This document shows positions 22,633-35,109 of a stretch of DNA of 46,000 bases, one piece after another. Where the stretch lies: the NCBI RefSeq assembly GCF_964213995.1, contig NW_027590501.1, forward strand, positions 248,001 through 294,000, written 5' to 3'. Under the pieces are notes generated by a model, which ran no database searches, was not told the DNA's origin, and worked only from the letters and a program-made list of their open reading frames with translations. Positions within the stretch are counted from its first letter, which is position 1, and the number at the start of each line of letters is the position of its first letter. The translations under genes were made by a program, and so were the position numbers. Source of the stretch: Mustelus asterias. Its lineage: Eukaryota.

Positions 22633-23840
22633 AAGGCTGCAGATACCTCCTCCCAAGTAACATGCGTGTGCCCAAGACATCACCACTTGTTTCCCTTATT
22701 TCTTTCGCACCCATGGTGCTCTCCGTAGTAAACACAGAGGAGAAGTATTCATTAAAAATCTCACCCATCTCCTGTGGCTCCACACACAGATGGCCATACT
22801 GATTTTTAAGGGGATCTATTCTCTCTCTGGCCACCCTTTTACTCTTAATATAGTGATAGAACCTCTTGGAATTTTCTTTAATCTTACCTGCCAGATCCAT
22901 ATCATACCCTCTTTTTGTCCTTCTCATTTCCCTCTTCAGTATTTTCTTACACTTTTTATAGTCAGAGTGATTCACTTGTCCCCGATTGCCTAAACCCAAT
23001 GTATGCTTCCTTCTTTTACCTGACCAGAGCCTCAATGTCCCTTGTCTGCCAGAGATCCCTAAATTTACCAGTCTTTCCCTGCATCTTAACAGGAATATAC
23101 TGCCCCTGGACTCTTGATATCACACTTTTAAAACCTCCCATTTGCCAGTCATTCCTTTCCCTTCAAACAAACTCACGTAATCGACATCTGCTAGATCCTG
23201 CCTAATGCCCACAAAAGTGGCCCTGCTCCAGTTTAGGGCCTTGACCTGTGGACCTGTCCTATTTTTTTCCAGAACTATTTTGAAACTATTGGTGCTCCCA
23301 ATAGTGCTCCCTGACTGACACTTCAGTCACTTGCTCCACCTCATTTCTTAACTGTCTAATAGAAAGTGAGTCCAGGAATTGATGATGAAAAATAAGGAGC
23401 TGGGAGATGAATTGAACAAGTATTTTGCCTCGGTGTTCACAATAGAGGATACAGTTAAAACTCAGAAACAGCTGGAAATCAGAAAACAGAAGTGTGGGAT
23501 GAACTCTGAAAAAGGACAATTCCCAGGGAAGTGGTCCTCAGCAAACTGTTGGAGCTGTGGGCTGATGAGTCCTCGGGTCCTGCTGGGCTTCATTCTCGGG
23601 TCTTGACAGAATGAGATAGTTGATGTGTTGTTCAATTTTCTATAATTCCTCATCGGGAATTGGATAAAGGGAAACCGGTGGATGCGTTGTACTTAGATTT
23701 CCAGAAGACATTTGATGAGGTGCCGCATCAAAGGTTATTGCAGCAAATAAAAATTCATGCTGCGGGGATGACATATTGGCGTGGATAGAAGATTGGCTAA
23801 CAGCAAACAGTGGGCAGAAATGGATCATTTTCTGGTTGAA
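22633..23840. mobile_element. Two CR1 ORF2 fragments (minus about 22633-23340, plus about 23350-23840)
   Basis: KENSKRFYHYIKSKR..FNEYFSSVFT on minus; LNKYFASVFT and VVLRF..FDEVPH-like sequence on plus. Confidence 0.8.
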
Positions 23841-24049
23841 GAGAGAGAGAAACCTGGGCCAACCTTTCCAGAGTCTGCAGCTCCCTGGATTCACTTCCTT
23901 TGCCTTCAGTTGCTGCAAGTCCCCAATTTCCCCCAGAATGAGAAAAGAAATGGAAAGGATGAGAAAAGAAAGTGTTTTACTCACAGATGTTGGAGACAGG
24001 GGGAAGTTTGAGTCTGTCTGAAGATCAATCTTCATTCACACAAAGCCCA

Positions 24050-24430
24050 CGCTCTGATTGGCTGGAAGACCAGAGTCCTCCCAGTCCTTCAACTCTTCCC
24101 ATTGGTCAACACCTCAGCATGAAGATCAGAGGGTGGGTTCTCCCCCGCACATGTGCAGCTTCCCCTCTCCCTCGCACATTTGCAGTCCCAGGCGGGGGGG
24201 GGGGGGGTGCGATCACCGAGCGGCTTCTCGCTCTGGCCGGAGCCGGCAGCCAGTTGTCTGGAAACCGTGGCTGGAAGAGGTGTAGGGGGAGGGGAACAAT
24301 GGGTGGGGGCGGGGCTCCCGGGTCCGCGCGCCCGGGCCTGCGCAATGGAACCCGGAGATGTCACCCGGAGCAGAGAGATTTCTATTGGCTGATTCAGGCA
24401 GGGCTCTATCGTGACGTCACAATGCAGAAG
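24050..24430. promoter_or_regulatory. Putative CpG-rich bidirectional promoter P2 (ZNF-C/ZNF-D)
   Basis: ATTGG boxes, GGGGCGGGG GC box, perfect CRE TGACGTCA near 24412, flanked on both sides by oppositely oriented first-exon/intron modules. Confidence 0.7.
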
Positions 24431-25225
24431 TTGTCCAATGAGCTTCAGAGTGAAACTTCCTCCTCTGGGCAACATCTGGGAGGAAATCAATGTTTCCCCC
24501 TTTCCATTTCTTTCCTCATTCTGGGGGAAATTGGGGACTTGCAGCAACTGAAGGGAATGAAGTGAATTCGGTCTGTATATTCCACACATTTTTACTCCAG
24601 TAATGTAGACATTTATCTGTCTGGCAGCCTGCATGGAAATTTCCAGCTCTCTCTGTGTCCAGGACAGGAAGCAGTGAGCATGGATCTGTCAATCAGCCTC
24701 AATCAGCACCTTCAGGAGAATTGGGATGGTGAATATTAGATACAGCAGAGTGAGAATGGAGGGAGAGTGTGTGGGATGGAGATTTACAGCTTTGAGGAAT
24801 GAGAGAGAAAAGAATGTTCCATAGAAATTAGAATTGTCTGTTCTGAATTTCTATCCTGTGCTGACACTGATGACTTTTGTAAATTCCTTTTGCAGGATAT
24901 CAGAAAATTTAAAGACGAATATGAAACCAAACTTCACATCAAAATCTAACATAGTCACTCAGTTCATTGGGATCTGAATATCATCGACTTTTGAATCTAG
25001 AATGGAAATGTTTCTCTGCTCTGTCTGCTTCGGGAGATTTTAAACAGTGTGACTGGAAAAGCACCGAGACACACACACTGAAACATGCACACACCCGAGT
25101 GACTGTGGAAAGAACTTTAACCAGTTAAACAGCCTGAAAATACATTGCAGCAGAGAGACCGCACCCATGTTATGTTGTAACTGAACTGATTGTCAAGCCT
25201 GGAGAGTCGCAAGGACACCCGCACC

Positions 25226-25899
25226 ATGGAGAAATTGTGTAAATGTGGGGACTGTGGGAAAGGATTCAGGTTCCCATCTGCACTGGAAACTCATCGGCGC
25301 AGTCACACTGGAGAGAGACCATTCACCTGCTGTGTGTGTGGGAAGGGATTCACTCAGTTATCCCATTTACAAACACACCAGGGAGTTCACACTGGGGAGA
25401 GACCGTTCACCTGCTCTGTGTGTGGGAAAGGATTCTCTCGGTTAAACAATCTGCTAACCCACCAGCGCATTCACACCGGGGAGAGGCCGTTCACCTGCTC
25501 TGTGTGTGGGAAAGAGTTCACTCGGTTGAACAATCTGTTGACACACCAATGGGTTCACACAGAGAGAGACCGTACACCTGCTCTGTGTGTGGGAAGGGAT
25601 TCACTCAGTTGCCCAACCTGTTGAGCCACAAGGTCACTCACACCCAGGAGAGACCCTTTAAATGCTCTGACTGTGGGAGTGGCTTCAAAAGCTCTCGGGA
25701 ACTGATGGTCCACCAACCCATTCACACTGACGAGAGACCGTTTAGCTGCTCTCACTGCTCAAAGAGGTTTAGGAGGTCATCCACATGGCGGAGACACCAG
25801 CGGGTTCACACCGGGGAGAGACGGTTCACCTGCTCTGTGTGTGGGAAGGGATTCAATCGGTCATCCAACCTGCAGAGACACCAACAAGTTCACAAGTGA
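25226..25899 (+). pseudogene. ZNF-D: C2H2 zinc-finger gene (8 fingers) with a 1-nt frameshift near 25560
   Basis: Four fingers in ORF 25190-25624 and four more in ORF 25243-25899; first-exon donor reads GGGAGG instead of GTGAG. Confidence 0.85.
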
Positions 25900-25929
25900 T
25901 TGCAGGGGTTGGATTCTTTCTCTCTCAAT

Positions 25930-26086
25930 CTTTCTCTTCCCCCCCCCCCTGCTCTTTCCCAGCCCCCCGCCCCCACTCTTCCCCCCCCCTGCTCTTCCCC
26001 CCCCTGCTCTTCCCCCCCCCCCGCTCTTCCCCCCCCCCGCCCCCCTGCTCTTCCCCCCCCCCCCGCCCCCCTGCTCTTTCCCCCCA
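25930..26086. repeat. Low-complexity C-rich repeat (GCTCTT followed by a C run)n
   Basis: About 8 variable units of long C runs separated by (T)GCTCTT. Confidence 0.9.
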
Positions 26087-26318
26087 CCTGCAGGGTGGAT
26101 GAATCTCTGACTCCCTTCCCACACTGTGAGCAGGTGACTAGCCTCTCCTCAGTGTGAATTCGCTGGTGTCTCAGCAGATTCGATGAATGATTGGTTCCCT
26201 TCCCACAAGTGGAGCATATGAACGGTCTCTCCCCGGTGTGACTGCGTCGATGAGATTCCACCCCAGATGGGGCTCTGAATCCCTTCCCACAGTCTCCACA
26301 TTTCCATGGTTTCTCCAT
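26085..26318 (-). pseudogene. ZNF-E: truncated C2H2 zinc-finger gene (2 complete fingers, the third cut by the G/C tract)
   Basis: [35 protein letters not shown], then the low-complexity tract; paralogous intron at about 26430-26550. Confidence 0.85.
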
Positions 26319-26567
26319 GGTGTCTGAGTCCTTGTGTCTCTCCACAATCAGTGCACTGGAACACTCTGATACGGGTGTGTGAATCTCAGTGCTTTTCCAG
26401 TCAAAACCTCTCCTTCCAATATCCACTGAAAGGAGTTTACAAAAATCATCACTGTCAGCACATGATAGAAATTCAAAACAGACAATTGTAGTTTCTATGG
26501 AACATTCTTTAAATCTCCACCCACGCCCCTCACACATACACTCTCTCTCTCATTCCATTTAGCATTC

Positions 26568-26835
26568 TGCAGCATGGTGACACAGTGGTTAGCACTGCTG
26601 CCTCACAGTGCCAGGGACCCGGGCTCGATTTCCGGCTTGGGTCACTGTCTGTGTGGAGTTTGCACGTTCTCCCCGTGTCTGCGTGGGTTTCCTCCCTCAT
26701 TCTGAAAGACGTGCTGGTTCGGTGCATCGACCCGGACAGGTGCCGGAGTGTGACAACTAGGAGAATTTCACACTAACTTCATTGCAGTGTTAATATAAGC
26801 CTTACTTGTGACTATTAAATAAACTTTAAACTTTA
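26568..26835 (+). mobile_element. tRNA-derived SINE in a ZNF-E intron
   Basis: CAGTGGTTAGCACTGCTGCCTCACAGTGCCAGGGACCCGGG head. Confidence 0.85.
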
Positions 26836-27084
26836 ATATACACTACCCAATTCTCCTGAAGGTGCTAATTAATGCTGATCGACACTCACCATTTCATGTT
26901 CCTGACAGATCGTAAGAAATAGTTAGAAATTCAGCCCACCAAGCTGTTCAATTGAATTCTTTTTATTCATTTATGGGACATGGGTTGCTGGCTGGCCAGC
27001 ATTTATTACCCATCCCTCGTTGCCATTGGAGGGCAGTTGAGAGTCAACCACATTGTTGTGGCTTTGGAGTCACATGTTGGCCAG

Positions 27085-27878
27085 GCCAAGTGTGAGGTAT
27101 TGCACTTTGGAAGGACAAACCAAGGTAGAACATACAAGGTAAATGGTCGGCACTGAAGAGTGCAGTAGAACAGAGGGATCTGGGAATACAGATACATAAT
27201 TTCCTAAAAGTGGCGTCACAGGTAGATAGGGTCATAAAGAGTGCTTTTGGTACATTGGCCTTTATAAATCAAAGTATCGAGTATGAGAGTTGGAGTGTTA
27301 TGGTGAGGTTGTATAAGACATTGGTGAGGCCGAATTTAGAGTATTGTGTGCAGTTTTGGTCACCTAATTACAGGAAGGATATTAATAAAGTTGAAAGAGT
27401 GCAGAGAAGGTTTACAAGGATGTTGCCGGGACTTGAGAAACTGAGTTACAGAGAAAAGTTGAATAGGTTAGGACTTTATTCCCTGGAGCGTAGAAGAATG
27501 AGAGGAGATTTGATAGAGGTGTATAAGATTTTGATGGGTATAGATAGAGTGAATGCAAGCAGGCTTTTTCCAGCGAGGCCAGGGGAGAAAAAAACCAGAG
27601 GGCATGGGTTAAGGGCGAAAGGAGAAAAGTTTAAAGGGAATATTAGGGGGGGGCTTCTTCACGCAGAGAGTGATGGGAGTCTGGAATGAGCTGCCGGATA
27701 AAGTGGTGAATGCTTTTAACATTTAAGAAAAACTTGGACGGGTTCATGGATGAGAGGGGTGTGGAGGGATATGGTCCAAGTGCAGGTCAGTGGGACGAGG
27801 CAAAAAAATGGTTCAGCACAGCCAAGAAGGGGCAAAAGGCCTGTTTCTGTGCTTTAATGTTCTATGGTTCTATGGTCT
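27085..27878 (+). mobile_element. CR1 LINE 3' part with (TTCTATGG)n tail
   Basis: ORF 27210-27689 (LVRPNLEYCVQFWSP..RRMRGDLIEVYK). Confidence 0.92.
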
Positions 27879-28049
27879 GAAAACATGTACCAAACGACTC
27901 AAGAACAACTTCTTCCGACTGTCATGTTTGAATGGTCCTATCATATATTAAGCTGATCTTTCTCTTCACCCTACCTGTACCCGCACCCTATCCTTTCCTT
28001 CTCCCCATGTACTCCATGAAAGGTATGCTTTGTCCTAACTGTATGCTAA

Positions 28050-28352
28050 CTGTCCTGGCTGGAGACAATACACATCTCTTTAACCTGTGCTTAACCCTTT
28101 CTCCACTCACATTATCTGTACCTTTAAAGACTTGATTACCTGTAAAGACTCGCATTCCAATCATTATTTTGTAAATTGAGTTTGTGTCTTTATATGCCCT
28201 GTTTGTGAACAGAACTCCCACTTACGTGATGAAGGAGCAGTGCTCCAAAACCTAGTGGCTTGTGCTACCAAATAAACCTGTTGGACTTTAACCTGGTGTT
28301 GTGAGACTTCTTACTGTGTTTACCCCAATCCAACACCGGCATCTCCACATCT
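28050..28352 (+). mobile_element. Longer Penelope-like terminal fragment with a degenerate hammerhead motif
   Basis: Ends in CCAAATAAACCTGTTGGACTTTAACCTGG..CATCTCCACATC; contains GTGATGAAGGAGCAGTGCTCCAAAACCTAGTG. Confidence 0.7.
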
Positions 28353-28799
28353 TGGAAATATATCGCCGTTCCTTCGCAGTCGCTGGGTCAAAATGCTGGA
28401 ATTTCCTCCCTACCAGCAGGGTGGATGTACTTGCACAACATGGACTGCAGTGGGTTCAGGTCCCATACATCACAAAGGTCGACACTCCTGCGCCCCCTAC
28501 AAACATGGCGATCGCACCTGCACCCTGTTGCACATTGCCCCTCACAAAGATGCCGGCCGCACTTGCGCACTGATAGACATTGCCACCGACAGATTGACGG
28601 CCGTCAGCCCAGGCCCAACACGACAAGTTGCGCCTCCAATTTGGTACCAACAGGACGCCCGGAAAGTTTGAGTTTGGGTTTGAGTTTGAACAACATGTTT
28701 ACGAAGCCTCTCCACCCACCCGCCACATTCACCTCTCTCGACGCGCCGCCCTTTACCTTGAACTGATCTCGGATTCGAGTTAAAACCGTCCGTCCGCCG

Positions 28800-28975
28800 C
28801 CATTAACCGCACTGCGCATGCTTCAGACCCCTCCCCCTATTCACGCTGGTTGGAGGACCAGCCGCTCCCGCTCGGTCCTCCAGCTCCGCCCCCTTTTTCT
28901 ATTGGTCCGGAGCTGCCGTCAATCAGTCCCCGGGCATTGTGACGTTGGGCATGCGCAGTGCGGCTCATGTCCAGG
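28800..28975. promoter_or_regulatory. Putative CpG-rich bidirectional promoter P3 (ZNF-E/ZNF-F)
   Basis: Two opposed NRF1-like sites (ACTGCGCATGC, GCATGCGCAGT), CTCCGCCCC GC box, ATTGG at 28901, TGACGT, inverted repeat TGGAGGACC/GGTCCTCCA as in P1. Confidence 0.65.
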
Positions 28976-29209
28976 GACAGGCGCTTGTTTGTCTGATCTT
29001 CAGGCGGGAAGGAGGCGGATAAGCGGAGGCAGCGTTAGGGGCAGTGGGTGGGAGGGGAGGCTCCACACACCCAGTGGAGGCTTCAACACCCCCAATAAGG
29101 AACTAGCGGCACCGCCTCAACACCCAACACAACGGCAGCTGCAGCGCTTTCTCCCGGGGCCAGGCCCCAGTGGACAAATGTGGCTTCAGGAAGGAAATGC
29201 AGCAATGGG

Positions 29210-30410
29210 TTTGATTTGATTTATTGTCACATGTATTGGGATACAGTGAAAAGTATTGTTTCTTGCGCGGTATACAGACAAAGCATACTGTTCATAGAGT
29301 ACATAGGGGAGTAGGAAAGGAGAGAGTGCAGAAAGGGTGAAGAGAAAGATCAGCTTAATATGAGGTCGGTCCATTCAAAAGGAGGAGGCTTTGGAGAGGG
29401 TACAGAAAAGATTTACCAGGATGTTGCCTGGTGTGGAGGGCATTAGCTATGAGGAGAGGTTGGAGAAACTTGGTTTGTTCTCACTGGAACAACGGAGGTT
29501 GAGGAGTGACCTGACAGAAGTCTACACGATTATGAGGGGCATGGACAGAGTGGATAGTCAGAAGCTTTTTCCCAGGATGGAAGAGTCAATTACTAGGGGG
29601 CACAGGTTTAATGTGTGAGGGGTAAGGTTTAAAGGAGATGTACGAGACAGGTTTTTTACACAGAGGGTGGTGGGTGCCTGGAACTCGCTGCCGGGGGAGA
29701 TAGTGGAAGCAGATATGATGGTGACTTTTAAGGGGCGTCTTGACAAATACATGAATAGGATGGGAATAGAGGGATATGGTCCCCGGAAGGGTAGGGGGTT
29801 TTAGTTAAGTCGGGCAGCATGGTCGGTGCAGGCTTGAAAGGTCAAAGGGCCTGTTCCTGTGCTGTAATTTTCTTTGTTCTTTGTTTGTAAAAGTCTGGTG
29901 GCAGCAGGGAAGAAGCTGTTCTTGAGTCGGTTGGTTTGTGACCTCAGACTTTTGTATCTTTTTCCCGACGGAAGAAGATAGAAAAGAGAATGTCCAGGAT
30001 ACGTGGGGTCCTTGATTATGCTGGCTGCTTTTCTGAGGCAATAGGAAATGTAGACAGTGTCAATGGATAAGAGGCTGATTTGCGTGATGGACTGGGCCAC
30101 ATTCACACCCCTTCTAGTTTTTTGCACTCTTGGTCAGAGCAGCAGCAACACCAAGCTGTGATACAACTGGATGGGATGCTTTCTGTGGTGTCCCTGTAAA
30201 AATTGGTGAGAGTCGTAGCTGACATGTCGACATGTTGAATTTCCTTAGCCTCCTGAGAAAGTCGAGGCGTTGGTGGGCTTTCTTAACTAAAGCAGCAGTA
30301 TAGAGGGACCAGGACAGGTTGTTGTGATCTGAACACCGAGAAACTTGAGCTCTCAACCATTTCCACTTTGTCACCATTGATGTAGACAGGGCATGTCTTC
30401 CACTACATTG
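29210..30410 (-). mobile_element. Rex1/Babar-like LINE 3' part, interrupted by a CR1
   Basis: LVKKAHQRLDFLRRLRKF and IIKDPTYPGHSLF.LLPSGKRY..RLKNSFFP; (AATCA)n tail near 29210; related 3' fragment at about 27880-28050 (+). Confidence 0.8.
29382..29888 (+). mobile_element. 5'-truncated CR1 inserted into the Rex1-like element
   Basis: ORF 29391-29618; AAAAG duplicated at 29377-29381 and 29889-29893. Confidence 0.9.
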
Positions 30411-31290
30411 CCTGAAATTTTGTAGATATTCCAGTGATAGTTGGAAGAAGTCCATGCTGACTCTCTGTACATCAATCCACTCAGTCCCATTTCCCCTCCA
30501 TAACTCTTTTCCCTTTTTAATTTCTTCACACCTATCTGATTTATTTTTCAAATCATTGATCATTTCTGATTCCACCATGCACAGAAGCAGTGAGGTCAGG
30601 TTGTGACAACTCGTGAATAAAATTGTTCTTCACATCTCCTTTCTATTGCTGATCAAATAATATGTTTAGTAATGTGGACATTGGCTAGTAGCCTGTATGA
30701 AGATTTTCAGGTCTCTTTGTACTGGACGGGAGCATAGGTCTGTCAATCAGCCTGAATCAGCACCTTCAGGAGAATTGGGAGGGTGTATATTAGGTACAGC
30801 AGAGTGAGATTGGAGGGAGAGTGTGTGGGACGGAGATTTACAACCTTAGGGAATGAGAAAGCAAAGAATATTCCATGGAAACTAGAATTGTCTGTTTTGA
30901 ATTTCAGTTCTATACTTACACTGATAACTTCGATAAACAGGATATTAGAAGGAGAGAATTTACAGACTGAAATCTCACACCAAACGTCACAACAAGATGT
31001 TACAAAGTCACTGGATTCATCAGGACCTGAATATAATTGCCGTTTGAATGTATGAGAAGAAATGTTTGTTTGTTCTGTCTGTGGGAAAAGATTTCAAACA
31101 TCAGTGTGACTGGACAAGAATGGAGACCCCACACACCTGAGTGAGAGTGTTCCAGTGAACTGACTGTGGAAAGAGCTTCAACCAGTAACACAGCCTGAAA
31201 AACATCACCCCATTCACAGCGAGGAGAAACTGTACATACGTTCTGTACTTGGATGTGGAATCAACTGATTATCAAAAGGACACTGGCACC

Positions 31291-32301
31291 ATGGAGAGAC
31301 CATGGAAGTGTGGGGACTGTGGGAAGGGATTCCAGTGCTCATCTGCACTGGACACACATCGACGAGTTCGTACTGGGGAGAGGCCGTTCATCTGCTCCGT
31401 GTGTAGGAAGGGATTCAGTATATCAACCACCCTGCTGAGACACCAGCGAGTTCACTCTGGGGAGAGGCCGTTCACCTGCTCTGTGTGTGGGAAGGGATTC
31501 ACTCAGTTATCCACCCTGCTGAGACACCAGCGAGTTCACTCTGGGGAGAGGCCGTTCACCTGCTCTGTGTGTGAGAAAGGATTCACTCAGTTATCCAGCC
31601 TGCTGACACATCAGCGAGTTCACACCGGGGAGAGGCCTTTCACCTGCTCAGACAGTGGGAAAGGATTCAGTGATCGTTCCACCCTGTGAAGGCACCAGCG
31701 AGTTCACCCTGGAGAGAGGCCGTTCCCTTGCTGTGTGTGTGGGAAGGGATTCAGTCATTCATCCACCCTGCAGACACACCATGTCACTCAAACGAATGGG
31801 AGACCGTTTAAATGCTCAGACTGTGGGCGTAGCTTCAAAAGCTCTCAGACTCTGATGGGCCACCAGCGCATTCACACTGAGGACAGACCGTTGAGTTGCT
31901 CTTACTGCGTGAAGAGACTTAGAACATCATCCCAACTGCTAATACACCAGCGAGTTCACACTGGGGAGACACCCTTCACCTGCTCTGTGTGCGGGAAGGG
32001 TTTCAGTCATTCATCCACCCTGCTGGCACACCAGCGAGTCCATACTGGGGAGAGGCCATTCACTTGCTCTGACTGTGGGAAGGGATTCACTCAGATCTCC
32101 AATCTGCTCACACACCAGCGAGTTCACACTGGGGAGAGGCCGTTCACTTGCTCTGACTTTGGGAAGGGATTCACTCAGATCTCCAATCTGCTCACACACC
32201 AGCGAGTTCACTCTGGGGAGAGGCAGGTCAGCTGCTCCCAGTGTGGGAATAGATTTAAACGGTCGTCTCACTTGCTGAGACACCAGCGAATTCACAAGTG
32301 A
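31291..32301 (+). pseudogene. ZNF-F: C2H2 zinc-finger gene (about 12 fingers) with an in-frame TGA at 31687-31689 and several lost Cys/His residues
   Basis: ORFs 31249-31689 and 31735-32301 are in the same frame; the stop lies at CTG TGA AGG CAC (likely CGA to TGA). Confidence 0.85.
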
Positions 32302-32464
32302 TTACAGGAGTTGGATTCTGCTGTTAATCACATCCAGGACTGAACCATGTTTACTCTGACAGTGTAAGCCCTTCAGAGGGCTTCTGTCTGCTCACTGTCT
32401 GGTCTCATGGCTTTCCTTCAAGTGGGCTGATGTTATTTGAGCCAGGGAGAGCACATTTCCACCA

Positions 32465-32805
32465 GGGTGGCGTGATGGCAGAGTGGTTAGCACTGCTACC
32501 TCACAGAGGCAGGAAACCCGGGTTCCATTCTGGTCTTGGGTCACTGTCTGTATGGAGTTGCACATTCTCCCCGTATCTGTGTGGGTTTCCTCTGGGTGCC
32601 TAGATTTTGTCCCACAGTCCGAAGATGGTTGGGTGGATTAACCGTGCTAAATTGTCCCTTTGTCACCAAAGATATTGAGGTTGTGTGGGTTACAGGGAGA
32701 AATGGGTGAGAGGGCTTGGGTAGGATACTCTTTTTAGAGAGTCGGTGCAAACCCGATGGACCAAATGGCCTCCTTCTGCACTGTCGGAGTTCTTTTATGA
32801 TTCTA
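32465..32805 (+). mobile_element. tRNA-derived SINE (HE1-like)
   Basis: Head and core as at 14375. Confidence 0.8.
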
Positions 32806-32839
32806 AATGATCCACATCTCTAGGTAGATCTAAAATACA

Positions 32840-33250
32840 TTTGGTTGACGTTCCATTGAGTCTACAGCACAGGGCAAGGCCGATCGGCTCAATAGGTCTG
32901 TGTCAGTATTGATGTTCCACCTCTTCATCTCCCCCCATCAGCATATCCTTCTATTCCTTTCTCCCTCATGTATGTATCCAGCTTCCCCTTCAATGTATTC
33001 ACGCTATTGACCTCAACCAATCGCTGTGGTCGTGAGTTCCACATTCTTGTCACCTTCCTTATTCCTGGAACCATTCTGATAAATCTCTTCTCCACCTTCA
33101 CAAGGACCCTCACATCCTTCCTAAAGTGTAATGATCAGAACTGGGCTCCGTATCCTGTTGTGGCCTCACCCACAGCTTTAGAAACTATCAGTGTAACTTC
33201 CTTGCTTTTGTTCTCAATTCCTCGATTTCTGAAACCCAAGACCCCAGATA
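32840..33250 (-). mobile_element. Decayed CR1 3' fragment
   Basis: KRFIRMVPG..RMWNSRPQRLVE; homologous to about 7050-7290. Confidence 0.75.
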
Positions 33251-35109
33251 ATGGAAACAGGAACATCAGACTGTTTTGCTAGAATGTAAAATGCGTTTTA
33301 ACAACATTCTTAAAATGGCTAAAGAAAATTTTGACCAATGAAGGAATGAGTTGTTGACACAAACAGAAACCATTTTGACCTTGCTCTCTCCAAAAGAGAA
33401 TCCAGAATGTTTGAGTCTGGGAAATGAAATTAAAAATGAAGCTCCAGCTATAACTGAGCTGGAAGAAGACAGTTTCAATGTGGAATTGAGTGGAATTTTC
33501 TCTCTGGATTTAAACAATGGAGGAACTGCAAACATGGAAGAAAATAAATTTCAAAATGTGAACTCTGAACAGACTGTTTTCAAAATAGAACTTGAAAATT
33601 CACAAATGAACAGCAATGAAGACTCTCCTTTTGCAGGAGGAACTTTGGACTATAATTATTGAAAGAAGAAAAGTTTCAGAAAAGACTGCAAGCAGTAATT
33701 TCCATCTTCAGTGGACTGAGATTTCTGGACATGGAACCCAGCAGTGTGCTGTTACCAAGCTGGACTTGTGACTGTGAAGTGGACAATGGAGGGATTATTA
33801 TGTCTGTTGCAGGTTATAAGATAGATCAACATAGGAAAACAGTGGATTTAGGAACAGGAGGATGCCATTTGGCCCTTCGAGCCTGCTCCACCATTCAATA
33901 AGATCATGGCTGTTGTTAAGATATACAGCATGTTGTATATTGTAATATTCTAACTGGGATATTATGAAGGTGATACATTTCCATTTCTTCCTGTTTTTGT
34001 TACAAAAATCTAATTTCATAATTCCTATGTTTTAGAAATATGAATTAGTTGCAAGAATTGCTTTTAAAAAATGGAAAACCTGGATTGAGAATCTGATGAA
34101 AACACCCTCACGGAATTCGCAGTCACAAAGCATGGTCCATGTTGGTTTAAGAAGTCAAAACTCGAGAGGTAAGAACTGTAAAAGGTCAGCTGGATCTTTT
34201 AGCTGGAGACATTGAGTCTGACAATTATTGTACTGTTTTTGTCAGGTGAATTCTTCATGCAGACCTCAGGGAAAAAGGGTTTAGTTTTGAAGCTAAATAT
34301 CTGTCAGATATTCCACCTGGTCTCTGTTACCATGGGGATATGTGATTGAGGGTGGAGCCTTGGTTAGAATTAGACCATAAGATATAGGAGCAGAATTAGG
34401 CTATTCGGCCCATCGAATCTGCTGTGCCATTCGATCATGGCTGATAAATCTCAATCCCAGTCTCCTGCCTTTTCCCCGTAACCTTTGAGTCCTTTCCAAT
34501 CAATGACCTGGTTCCACAGATAGACAGCGGACAGTCTGCAGTTAGCTTGGAAGCCACCAGTTGTGGGACCAGGAGCTGTGAACCAGCTGTGGGACTAGAA
34601 GCCTCGAGGACCATTAGAAACCAGGGGTGTTTCCAACATTTAAATCCCTCAGCAAGAATGCAGTGAAGCTCATGTTTGGACTGAGGAGTCCACAGTTTGA
34701 GAGCTTAAAGGAAAATTGGAGGCTTGTTTCGTGAAAAGATAATGGATGGACTCACATAAACTCTTGGAGCTTGGAGAATATCTGGAGTACTGGGGAGAAT
34801 TAAAGTGAATTGTGGAGAGCTTTGACATACCTTTGGGAGGTCCTAGGAACAGAAGTGAATGAACCTTCAAGATATCATTAAGTATAAAGAAACTCTTGGG
34901 GTGAGGTAAAAAAATAGAACTAGGTTTATATCATAAATCTTTATTGAGTGTAGTATTCAATTTGTAGTGTTGTCTTTTTAAATTTTATTTAAACATACAG
35001 TAAAGTTTGTTTTTGTTTAACAATGTGGAATCTTGTGATGTAATTCTTTCAGTTAATCACTGGGTGTTCGAATTTCTCTGCAAACGTTAACAGTCCTGAC
35101 CGGGATCGC

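Noticed and set aside
23972-24634. 197-aa and 181-aa ORFs over promoter P2, and similar ORFs at 28300-29220
   Set aside because: GC-rich promoter sequence is poor in stop codons; no recognisable domain.
25785-26157. Pro-rich and Gly-rich ORFs
   Set aside because: Translations of the C/G low-complexity tract.
32457-32473. CTCF-like CCACCAGGGTGGCG
   Set aside because: Imperfect match created at the junction of the ZNF-F 3'UTR and a SINE head.
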